In this document: piece by piece, positions 10,019-18,242 of the stretch | How the letters are laid out: every line of letters starts with the position of its first letter | Position numbering within the stretch: position 1 is the first letter of the stretch | From: an uncultured Acidobacteriaceae bacterium | GTDB taxonomy: Bacteria > Acidobacteriota > Terriglobia > Terriglobales > Acidobacteriaceae | DNA length: 64,000 bases | Direction of reading: 5' to 3' | Assembly (NCBI GenBank): GCA_963710885.1 | Contig: CAVQCF010000039.1 | Location: 102,153 to 166,152, forward strand | Notes under the pieces: generated by a model | Database searches by the model: none | Told to the model about the DNA's origin: nothing | Seen by the model: the letters and a program-made list of their open reading frames with translations, nothing else | Translations under genes and position numbers: made by a program

Positions 10019-12469
10019 TCACTCGTAACGCAGTGCTGCAACCGGATTCGTTCGCGAAGCTTTGTATGCTGGTACGAAACCCGCGAATAGTGACACCCCA
10101 CTCAACAGCGCGGTTGCTACCGCGAAAGTAAGCGGATCATTTGGTTGCAGGCCATAGAGAAGCGAACCCGCGCCTCGCGCGCCCGCCAGGGCAAGAACCA
10201 ACCCAGCCACAATTCCAGCCGTCAGCAGCAGCAGGGTTTGCCGAAGGATGATTCCCACGACACTTCCTCGTGTCGCCCCCAAGGCGATGCGAATGCCGAT
10301 TTCGTTCCTCCGCATCTGTGCCAGATAGGAGATCACGCCATAAAGCCCGACCGTGGTCAGCAGCACGGCAAGAAATCCAAAGAACCCCGAGAGCATCGCC
10401 ATCAGCCGCTCCGCGACCAGTCCATCTCGAACCTGCTCTTGGAAATCAGTGAATTCTGCTAGTGCGTCAGGATGCTTCTGGGCAAGTGCATTCTTAACTC
10501 CGGTTGCGATTGCTTCCGCAGGCATGTCCGACCGAATCATCACCATTCCCCAAGGCCCTTGGTCCGGGAACTGTGAAGCGGGCGCGAAGGTCATGGGTGG
10601 CGTCGCGCTCCGGATATCGTTGTATCGAGTGTCCGGAATAACGCCTACGATCTCGTACAGCGTTGACGGATAGTCCGGTTCCGCATTGGTCCGCAAGGTT
10701 TGTCCGATCGGATTACCATTCAGATACTGGCGAACAAAGGTCTCGTTCACGATCGCGACATGCGGCGACGACGCTGTATCGTCCCGGCCGAAACCGCGCC
10801 CGCGGACGATTGGAATGTCCATGGTTTGAAAATACTCCGGACTCACCCAGGTGAACTTCGAAGTCCCCTCCCTGGCCCCAACGTGAACGCCGTGCTCCCA
10901 ACTCCCACCCACCAATGGGACGCGGGTTGAGATCGCTGCGCTACGCACGCCCGGAACCGAACGAATCTCATCAAGTAATTCCGTCTCGTACGAACCCCAG
11001 CGCTCTGGTTGTAAATGAGACTGCCAGAATCCCAGAAACGCTACGGTAATCCCGCTTTCGCGCATTCCGGGGTTCAGTGTCAGCAGATTGCGAAAACTCC
11101 TCACAAACAGAAGCGCGGCGACCAGCAGCACAAGTGAAATTGAAATTTGGGCGGCGACCATGCCTCGTTGCAATGAGAACTGCTCGCGCCCCATCGTCGT
11201 TCCCCTCCCACCCGCTCGCATCGAGGAAAGTGGCTCAGTGCGAATGGCGCGCAGCGCGGGAACAAGTCCGAAGATCACGCACGTCACAACGGTCGCTGCG
11301 GTTGCGAAAAGCAGAACACGCCAGTCCGTGACGATCTGCAGATTCACCGGGTCACCTTGTGTCGAGATGGCCCATACCAGTGCTCGGCTCAAGATCGGTG
11401 CTAACCCCATCCCTGCAATCGAGCCGATTCCGGCTAGCAGGACACTTTCCACCAACAGGTTCTGTAACACGCGTGCCCGCCCAGCTCCCAGCGCCATTCG
11501 AACCGCGATTTCACGCTCACGCCGGTTTGCTCGCGCGAGCATGAGGCTGGCCAGATTGGCGCACGCGATCAATAGAACGAGCCCCGTGATCGCAAGAAGC
11601 AGCGCCAGCGATCCGTGATCATCGCGGAGGCCACTGACGCCGGTGGATGCTGGGTATGCTGCCAGTTGGAAGCGCTTATAAGTCTCGGTCGTGCCTGAGT
11701 CGCGACCCGGCGGAACTGTGGCTTCGAAAATGCCTGCGCTTAGAGCGCTGAATTCCGCGGAAGCGCGCTGAATCGTCCAACCCGGCTTCAGGCGGCCCAT
11801 GACTGACAGTTCGAACACGTCGCTGCGGAATCCTTCTTTGGGCTGGCAGAATGGCAACGCGAGATCGAAGTCCTGGCCCACCGCCATTCCAAAGAAATCC
11901 GGTGGAGTCACGCCAACAATTTCCACCAGATCGTTATTCGCGATCAGCTTGATCCCTGCGGCCAGATCCTGCCCGCCCAGCTCACGCTGCCAATAGGAGT
12001 AGCTGGCAACAGCCCGCGTCACTGGACACATTCCCTCATCCTCAGGCATCAACAAACGGCCGCGCCAGGGACGCACGCCCAACACAGGGAAAAAACTTCC
12101 GCTCACCCAAAGCCCATTGAAGTGCCGCATCTCACTCCCACGGCCCACATACCTCTGATTCAGGCTCCAGGCAAACATTCCGGAAAATGCCTGCTGTTTG
12201 TCGCGAATCTCGCGCCAGAGCGGTTGCGTTAGTTCTCCGTATTGCTGATTGAGGCCCATGCCTCGGTTGCCGCCGACGATCTTCACTTCCGCAAGTTCTC
12301 GTGGATTCTGAACGGGCAGAGTGCGTAATCGAATAGCATTGAGCAACTGGAAAATCGACGCGTTCCCTCCGATTCCCAGCGCAAGCATAAAAATTGCAAC
12401 CGCCGTGAAGCCGGGGTTTTTGCGCAACTGCCGCACCGCATAGCGAAGATCTTGGAGCAACCCGTTCAT
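10019..12469 (-). CDS. ADOP-type permease, paralog 2
   Basis: 816 aa. N-terminus MNGLLQDLRYAVRQLRKNPGFTAVAIFMLALGIGGNASIF; C-terminus NPVAALRYE. Two-module FtsX layout. Confidence 0.9.
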   Translation of the reverse strand: MNGLLQDLRYAVRQLRKNPGFTAVAIFMLALGIGGNASIFQLLNAIRLRTLPVQNPRELAEVKIVGGNRGMGLNQQYGELTQPLWREIRDKQQAFSGMFAWSLNQRYVGRGSEMRHFNGLWVSGSFFPVLGVRPWRGRLLMPEDEGMCPVTRAVASYSYWQRELGGQDLAAGIKLIANNDLVEIVGVTPPDFFGMAVGQDFDLALPFCQPKEGFRSDVFELSVMGRLKPGWTIQRASAEFSALSAGIFEATVPPGRDSGTTETYKRFQLAAYPASTGVSGLRDDHGSLALLLAITGLVLLIACANLASLMLARANRREREIAVRMALGAGRARVLQNLLVESVLLAGIGSIAGMGLAPILSRALVWAISTQGDPVNLQIVTDWRVLLFATAATVVTCVIFGLVPALRAIRTEPLSSMRAGGRGTTMGREQFSLQRGMVAAQISISLVLLVAALLFVRSFRNLLTLNPGMRESGITVAFLGFWQSHLQPERWGSYETELLDEIRSVPGVRSAAISTRVPLVGGSWEHGVHVGAREGTSKFTWVSPEYFQTMDIPIVRGRGFGRDDTASSPHVAIVNETFVRQYLNGNPIGQTLRTNAEPDYPSTLYEIVGVIPDTRYNDIRSATPPMTFAPASQFPDQGPWGMVMIRSDMPAEAIATGVKNALAQKHPDALAEFTDFQEQVRDGLVAERLMAMLSGFFGFLAVLLTTVGLYGVISYLAQMRRNEIGIRIALGATRGSVVGIILRQTLLLLTAGIVAGLVLALAGARGAGSLLYGLQPNDPLTFAVATALLSGVSLFAGFVPAYKASRTNPVAALRYE

Positions 12470-12482
12470 CGTTCGCCTTCCA

Positions 12483-14957
12483 CTACTCGTACCTCAGGGC
12501 CACCATGGGATCGACTTTCGCTGCCCGCCACGAAGGCAGAAATGCGGCAATGCACCCAACCCCCACGACGCAAGAGGTCGCAAGCCCGAAGCTGACAGGA
12601 TCGAGCGGGGATAACTGGTAGAGCATCGCGCTCAAGAAACGGGCGCCGAAGAACGCAAGGACGAATCCAGCCGCCGCCCCAGCGCAGCTGATCAAAAGGC
12701 TTTCCCGCATAATCATCCAGAGCACACGGCCCCGTGGCGCTCCGAGGGCCATGCGTGTTCCAATCTCGGTTGTGCGCCGATTGGTTCGATACGACAGGGT
12801 TCCGTACAGCCCGGTAGCTACCAGCAGCGCGGCCAGCCCACCGAAAAATCCGCCCAGCCGCGCAAACATAGTGGGCCCCTCATAAGATTCCTCAAATTGC
12901 GCGCGCTGCGTGATGGGCTTCTCCAGCGGGACATTGGGATCCATGTCGTGAACCAATTGCCGGATTGAGGGTAGAACGGTCATCGGTTCGCCATTCACCC
13001 TCACCTCAACATGCAGCGTGTCCCCGACGTTGAGACCTTGGAACGCAGCGTAGTAGGCCATCGGCATGGGCGGCTCATCGACGCGCGTGTATCGACTGTC
13101 TTTCACGACGCCCACGATCGTTCGGTTATCGCGAACCTTGTGGCCCAGCGGATTCGTATTCGGCAGAAACCGCTTCACAAACGTTTCATTCACTACTGCG
13201 ACCGGAAGAGAGGTCGGAGTATCGCTGTCGGCGAGGTCCCGGCCTTCGAGAATTGGGACTCCAAGCACCTCGAAGTAATCAGGACCAACATTGTTGCTCC
13301 GCACGATTGACTGGGGGCCAAATTTCGCCCCGAGACTGACTCCGTCGACTGAGTCGTCATTGTTGTTGCTCCAGCCCGAGCCGATGCGATTTTCCATGAC
13401 CGTCGCGGATTCCACGCCCGGTAGAGCGTGAATGCGGTCGAGCAGAGTGCGATAAAACGCCAGAGTCTCCTGGGCACTCTGCGCGCGCTGCGGCGTGATT
13501 CCAAAAACCAACAGCCCGTCCGCGCGCATTCCCAGGTCCTGAGTCTGGTAGTGGCGAAGAGTGCGAATCAGAAGCCCGGCAGCAACCAGGAGCAATAGGC
13601 AAATCGCCACCTGCGACGCCATGAGCACTCTGCCGCCCAGAGCACGGCGCCGGTCCTGAGTGATATGGCTTGCGGTAGCCCGCAGCACGCCCGAAACCGG
13701 AATCCGCAATGCAACCCACAGCGGAGCTACGCTGAAGGCCAGCGCGCTGATCACCGAAATGGCAAGAGTAAAGAACAACACGTTACGGTCAGGATCGAGG
13801 CCAGTCTCGATTCCCGACCAATCGGCCAAAGCGCGCGTAGCGAAGACGGCGAATGCCCAACCGAGGGCCGCACCAGCGATGACCAGGAGCGAACTCTCGG
13901 TCAGCAGTTGCCGAAAGAGATGCGCTCTTTCTGCTCCAATCGCCATTCGCAGGCTGAACTCCCGTCGCCGTGCTTCATTGCGTGCCATGATCAGCAGAGC
14001 AACGTTGGTGCAGGCAATCAGCAACACCAGAAGCACCAGGCCCATCAAGATCCGCACTGGCTCTCGGAACTGCTGGTTGTAGCCCTGAATCCCCTTGGCC
14101 GGATCGAAGTTCAGCAACGGCTTCCACTGCTTCGGATCAATGGCGCCGACTCCGATCTTGGCCGCTTCGCCGAACGTGGACTGCAAGGCCATCCCCGCCT
14201 GCTCGGGCGAGACATGCGGCTTGAGTCGCGCCATCAGTGGGAGGCACCACCATCTCGGGGTTCCGTAGAGGCTATTGATGTTGGCAGGATTGCCCCACGC
14301 ATTCAGTTCCGCTCGGCTCTGTAGAGGAATCCAAAAGTCCGTCGAGCTGCCTGCTTCGACTCCGCGAAACCCGCGCGCAGCAAGGCCGACAATCGTGAAA
14401 GGCACATTTTTGACGAATAACGTCGCACCGAGGACCGCTGGGTCTCGTGCAAAACGCCGCGTCCAATAGTCGTAACTGATGACGGTTACCGGTGAGTGAT
14501 CCTTCTCGTCCTCCAGAGAAAAACCACGGCCAAGAGCAATTCCCGCGCTCAGACCCGAAAAGAAGTTTCCACTGACTTCATCGCCGTTGGCCTCCTCCGG
14601 CATGGCGCCGTATCGAACGGGGACCTTGCCAATGCCGAGAGGAACGTACGCAATGACGTCATCCAACACATCATGGCGCTGGCGAAGCGCCTCGAATACT
14701 GGCTCGGAGAAAGAGGTCTCACTGTTCCCTGTATTGCCCGCGCCTGGCGGCTGGTTCCCGCTGGCGATCTGCAAATAATAAAGACACTCCGGATCGCGCA
14801 CTGGAAGCATGCGCGACAGAACCGAGTTCATTACGCTGAAGACCGCCGTATTCGCGCCAATTCCGAGGGCAAGGGTCAACACCGCAACGGTCGTGAACCC
14901 AGGGCTCTTGCGCAGCTGGCGCAGTGCGTAACGGAGATTCTGAACCAGGCTGTTCAT
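12483..14957 (-). CDS. ADOP-type permease, paralog 1 (first after the ATPase)
   Basis: 824 aa. N-terminus [40 protein letters not shown]; C-terminus DPMVALRYE. Confidence 0.9.
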   Translation of the reverse strand: MNSLVQNLRYALRQLRKSPGFTTVAVLTLALGIGANTAVFSVMNSVLSRMLPVRDPECLYYLQIASGNQPPGAGNTGNSETSFSEPVFEALRQRHDVLDDVIAYVPLGIGKVPVRYGAMPEEANGDEVSGNFFSGLSAGIALGRGFSLEDEKDHSPVTVISYDYWTRRFARDPAVLGATLFVKNVPFTIVGLAARGFRGVEAGSSTDFWIPLQSRAELNAWGNPANINSLYGTPRWWCLPLMARLKPHVSPEQAGMALQSTFGEAAKIGVGAIDPKQWKPLLNFDPAKGIQGYNQQFREPVRILMGLVLLVLLIACTNVALLIMARNEARRREFSLRMAIGAERAHLFRQLLTESSLLVIAGAALGWAFAVFATRALADWSGIETGLDPDRNVLFFTLAISVISALAFSVAPLWVALRIPVSGVLRATASHITQDRRRALGGRVLMASQVAICLLLLVAAGLLIRTLRHYQTQDLGMRADGLLVFGITPQRAQSAQETLAFYRTLLDRIHALPGVESATVMENRIGSGWSNNNDDSVDGVSLGAKFGPQSIVRSNNVGPDYFEVLGVPILEGRDLADSDTPTSLPVAVVNETFVKRFLPNTNPLGHKVRDNRTIVGVVKDSRYTRVDEPPMPMAYYAAFQGLNVGDTLHVEVRVNGEPMTVLPSIRQLVHDMDPNVPLEKPITQRAQFEESYEGPTMFARLGGFFGGLAALLVATGLYGTLSYRTNRRTTEIGTRMALGAPRGRVLWMIMRESLLISCAGAAAGFVLAFFGARFLSAMLYQLSPLDPVSFGLATSCVVGVGCIAAFLPSWRAAKVDPMVALRYE

Positions 14958-14975
14958 AGGCTACTCGCTGGCCGT

Positions 14976-15701
14976 TCAAGCGTGCGTGTCAGCCATCAGT
15001 TTCTGTAGCTCTTCCTCTGCCACAACCTTGCCGTCGAAGAGATGTACTTCTCGTTGCGCGTGCTTGGCGAACCGCGGATCGTGCGTCACCATGCAGATGG
15101 TCGCGCCCTCGCGGTGCAGGTTTTGCAGCAACTCCATCACCGCTTCGCCGTTGCGCGAATCCAAATTCCCAGTAGGTTCGTCCGCCAGCAGGATGGAAGG
15201 TTTTCCCCCAAGCGCGCGCGCTACGGCCACACGCTGCTGTTGACCGCCAGACAGCTGCGACGGATAGTGCCGGACGCGGTGCGCCATGCCGACGCGCTCC
15301 AACGCTTCCATGACCCGCGCCTTCCGGTCAGCCGCCGGCATCCGTTGGCGATAGGTCAGAGGCAGTTCGACGTTCTCGTAGACGGTGAGATCGCCAATCA
15401 GGTTGAAGCTCTGAAAGATGAACCCGATCTCCTGATTTCGAATGCGCGAACGCTCCGCAAAATCGAGGTTCTCAACTGTCTTATTGTTGAGTGAGTAGCG
15501 TCCCTGCGTGGGCGTATCGAGCAATCCGATGATGGAAAGCAGCGTCGACTTGCCGCAACCCGAAGGTCCCGACATCGCCACATACTCCCCTTTGGCAATC
15601 GAGAGGTGCACGCCGGAAAGAGCGTGCGTTTCAATTTCGTCGGTGTAGAAGACTTTGGTCAGATCCTGAATCTGGATCAACGGCTGTCCTGTTTCGGTCA
15701 T
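14976..15701 (-). CDS. ABC transporter ATP-binding protein, MacB/LolD/FtsE type (stand-alone NBD)
   Basis: 241 aa. Walker A GPSGCGKST, Q-loop IGFIFQ, signature LSGGQQQRVAVARAL, Walker B ILLADEPTGNLD, H-loop VTHD. Lies 18 nt upstream of the first permease. Confidence 0.95.
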   Translation of the reverse strand: MTETGQPLIQIQDLTKVFYTDEIETHALSGVHLSIAKGEYVAMSGPSGCGKSTLLSIIGLLDTPTQGRYSLNNKTVENLDFAERSRIRNQEIGFIFQSFNLIGDLTVYENVELPLTYRQRMPAADRKARVMEALERVGMAHRVRHYPSQLSGGQQQRVAVARALGGKPSILLADEPTGNLDSRNGEAVMELLQNLHREGATICMVTHDPRFAKHAQREVHLFDGKVVAEEELQKLMADTHA

Positions 15702-15746
15702 GGATTCTTGCCTCGATATGTTGGATTTCGTTCTTAACTTGCGGTC

Positions 15747-17006
15747 CTACTCCAAACGGATGCGATCCGTCTTATCCCAACGCGACATGTCGGAAAGAAT
15801 AACGGTATCGCCTTCGTGCAGGCCTTCGAAAACTTGAATCGAATTCACCGATTCCCGTCCCACCTTCACCGGCACACGTGACGCTTCTTTGCCGTCCGCA
15901 TCCAGCTTGAACAAGCTGATCGTACTGTTCTCCTGCCCAAACGCCGGACGCCCCACATAGAGAATGTTGTCCAGTCGTTCCAGATCGATCGTCCCATCCA
16001 CGCTCAAATCCGGACGCGCCCCCTCGGGCAACTGTCCGGTTAGTTTGACGTCGACGGTCACCGTTCCGTTTTGTACAGCAGGATCGACGCGCATCACGGT
16101 TCCGTTAATGATCCCGTTATGCGTGTCGATTGCCGCCGGTTCACCATCCCGCACGTCCCGCGCTTGAGTTTCCGCGATCTTCAATGTCGCCATCAGATGG
16201 TTCGGCTCGACCACCTTCGCAAGCATCGCTCCCGGCTGAACGTGCTGCCCCACCTGCAACGGAAGATCTACCAGCACTCCGTTAATGCCAGCACGCACTT
16301 TCAGGGCTTCCAGTTGCTTCTTCTTCAGACCAGCGAGGGTTTGCGCCTGGTCAACCTTCGCCTGTTCCTGTGCCAACTGAGTGTCGATCGCTTTCTTGTT
16401 GATCACCAGCCGCTGCTCTTCGAGATCGTTTCGTGTCGTGAGTTCGTCTGCTTTGCCCTTGGACGCTTTGTAGGCCAGGCCTGAAATCACTCCTAAGTCG
16501 TAAAGAGCCTTGTCGGTATCCGCCTGTCGTTGTGCCTGACTGTAGTCGGCGGTCACGGTGGCGGCGCCAGCCTTCTGAGTCATCAGGTCGCTGTCGAGCT
16601 TTACCTTGAAGCTCTGGTATTCGGCCTCCGCGGCCCTAAGTTGCAGGTCGGCGTCTACGGCCGCCTGTTCCACCTGGGGATTGCTCATCTCGAGAAGAAT
16701 GTCATCCGCCTTTACCTGCGAACCCGGCAGCATGCGGATGCGCACCACTGTAGCCTCAGTTTCAGCGGGAATCTGCCGAACCGCTTCCTGGCTGGGCACC
16801 AGCGAGCCTGGCCCCCGCACTTGGCGCAGCATCGATCCGTGTTTTACGGTGTCGGTCCACACCGTTCCGCGCTCGACTGAGGGTGCTGCCGGCCTAAGCC
16901 GCGATACTCCAACGGTTAAAGCTGCAATGACCACGATGCCGATGGCCGCGAACACAATCTGGCGGCGTAGTTTCTGACGCTTAAATTCTGGGCGAGCGAT
17001 ATCCAT
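15747..17006 (-). CDS. HlyD/MacA-family periplasmic adaptor (membrane fusion protein)
   Basis: 419 aa. N-terminal basic tail plus a single TM (IVFAAIGIVVIAALTV). A long coiled-coil-like stretch (QVEQAAVDADLQLRAAEAEYQ... QLAQEQAKVDQAQTLAGLKKKQLEAL) is followed by beta-barrel-like segments. First gene of the operon. Confidence 0.85.
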   Translation of the reverse strand: MDIARPEFKRQKLRRQIVFAAIGIVVIAALTVGVSRLRPAAPSVERGTVWTDTVKHGSMLRQVRGPGSLVPSQEAVRQIPAETEATVVRIRMLPGSQVKADDILLEMSNPQVEQAAVDADLQLRAAEAEYQSFKVKLDSDLMTQKAGAATVTADYSQAQRQADTDKALYDLGVISGLAYKASKGKADELTTRNDLEEQRLVINKKAIDTQLAQEQAKVDQAQTLAGLKKKQLEALKVRAGINGVLVDLPLQVGQHVQPGAMLAKVVEPNHLMATLKIAETQARDVRDGEPAAIDTHNGIINGTVMRVDPAVQNGTVTVDVKLTGQLPEGARPDLSVDGTIDLERLDNILYVGRPAFGQENSTISLFKLDADGKEASRVPVKVGRESVNSIQVFEGLHEGDTVILSDMSRWDKTDRIRLE

Positions 17007-17109
17007 CGAACTACCAATGGCAACTCGCCTTCCACACCCCAGAATGGCCTAAGTGTATGGATTGAAAGTAGGATAGGTAGGCCCCACTGAGCGATCAGCT
17101 GGCGGGCGG

Positions 17110-17143
17110 TGTCCACTGCCGGAACCAATTGTCCACTACCGGA
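17110..17143. promoter_or_regulatory. Two 14-bp direct repeats (TGTCCACTGCCGGA / TGTCCACTACCGGA) 20 bp apart in the divergent intergenic region; candidate operator
   Basis: Read directly from 17110..17123 and 17130..17143. Each unit contains the inverted half-sites TGTCC-N6-GGA(A/C)A. They sit between the MFP start (17006) and the ABC ATPase start (17324). Confidence 0.3.
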
Positions 17144-17323
17144 CAGCACAATACATAAGGACGGGCTGTTTTCGTGTCCAACCCGGGACCAAAAGACGGC
17201 AGACCACGCTCGCGGCCAGGGAACGAAGCTTGATCCGCGACAAGTGATAGTAGAATAGCTCCCCATGTTCGCTTACGAAGCGGACCGTGCGGTTCAGACC
17301 GATTCTCAAATCTCGGAGGTAGC

Positions 17324-18217
17324 GTGGCACTCACGATCAACGGTCTTTCCAAGACTTATCCTAATGGAGTGAAGGCGCTCAAGAACCTTTCACTCTCCAT
17401 TGGTAACAGCATGTTCGGCCTGGTGGGACCCAACGGCGCCGGAAAAAGTTCTCTGATGCGCACCATCGCCACGCTGCAGGATCCTGACTCCGGCACCGTC
17501 AACCTCGATGGCATCGACGTGCTGCGCCAAAAAGATCAAGTGCGCCGCATCCTCGGCTACCTGCCGCAGGAATTCGGCGTCTATCCCAAGATCTCCGCGC
17601 TCGACATGCTTCACCATCTCGCCGTGATGAAGGGCATGACCTCCTCGGCAGAGCGCAAGGAAACCGTCGACACGCTACTGCAGCAGACCAACCTGTGGGA
17701 CTCTCGCAAGAAAGCCCTCTCCACTTATTCCGGCGGCATGAAGCAGCGCTTCGGCATCGCGCAAGCCTTGCTGGGCAATCCGCGGCTCATCATTGTCGAC
17801 GAGCCCACGGCCGGGCTCGATCCCGCAGAGCGCAATCGCTTCCTGAACCTGCTCTCGTCTCTAGGCAGTGACCGCACAGTGATCCTTTCGACTCACATCG
17901 TCGATGACGTCCGCCAACTCTGCCCGCGTATGGCGATCATCGCTTCCGGCGAACTCTTGCTGGAAGGCGCGCCCAGCGAGACCATCGCAGCCCTCAACGG
18001 CAAGATTTGGTCGAAAGTAGTCGCGACCGGTGAGGAAGTGCGCGCCATCGAAGCATCGCTGCACGTCATCTCCACTCACCTGGTGGGCGGGCGGCACGAG
18101 GTTCGCGTGTACGCCGATAGCTCTCCCGGCGACGGCTTCGTCCCGGTCGAGTCCGATTTGGAAGACGTGTATTTCCTCAACCTATCGCAGCAGACCAAGC
18201 GTCCGCTGGTGAATTAA
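17324..18217 (+). CDS. ABC transporter ATP-binding protein (ABC-2/exporter type)
   Basis: 297 aa. GTG start preceded by GGAGG. Walker A GPNGAGKSS, signature YSGGMKQRFGIAQAL, Walker B LIIVDEPTAGLD. Has an extra C-terminal ~80 aa domain. Confidence 0.9.
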   Translation: MALTINGLSKTYPNGVKALKNLSLSIGNSMFGLVGPNGAGKSSLMRTIATLQDPDSGTVNLDGIDVLRQKDQVRRILGYLPQEFGVYPKISALDMLHHLAVMKGMTSSAERKETVDTLLQQTNLWDSRKKALSTYSGGMKQRFGIAQALLGNPRLIIVDEPTAGLDPAERNRFLNLLSSLGSDRTVILSTHIVDDVRQLCPRMAIIASGELLLEGAPSETIAALNGKIWSKVVATGEEVRAIEASLHVISTHLVGGRHEVRVYADSSPGDGFVPVESDLEDVYFLNLSQQTKRPLVN

Positions 18218-18242
18218 GACTCGAAACTGGAGGAATCCGACC

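Noticed and set aside
33-14324. Many long plus-strand ORFs inside the ADOP genes (for example 33..569, 3108..3860, 4389..4949, 8568..9386, 13665..14324)
   Set aside because: They lie antisense to clearly coding, motif-rich genes. Their translations are Arg/Pro/Ala/Ser-rich low-complexity strings typical of spurious ORFs in high-GC DNA. They have no SD and no family motifs.
17019-17034. Minus-strand TGGAAGGCGAGTTGCC, a good GG-N10-GC sigma-54-like motif just upstream of the MFP gene
   Set aside because: The GC element is only ~13 nt from the ATG at 17006. A transcript would therefore be essentially leaderless with no SD. This is probably chance in GC-rich DNA. It would be worth a look only if dRNA-seq shows a TSS at ~17008.
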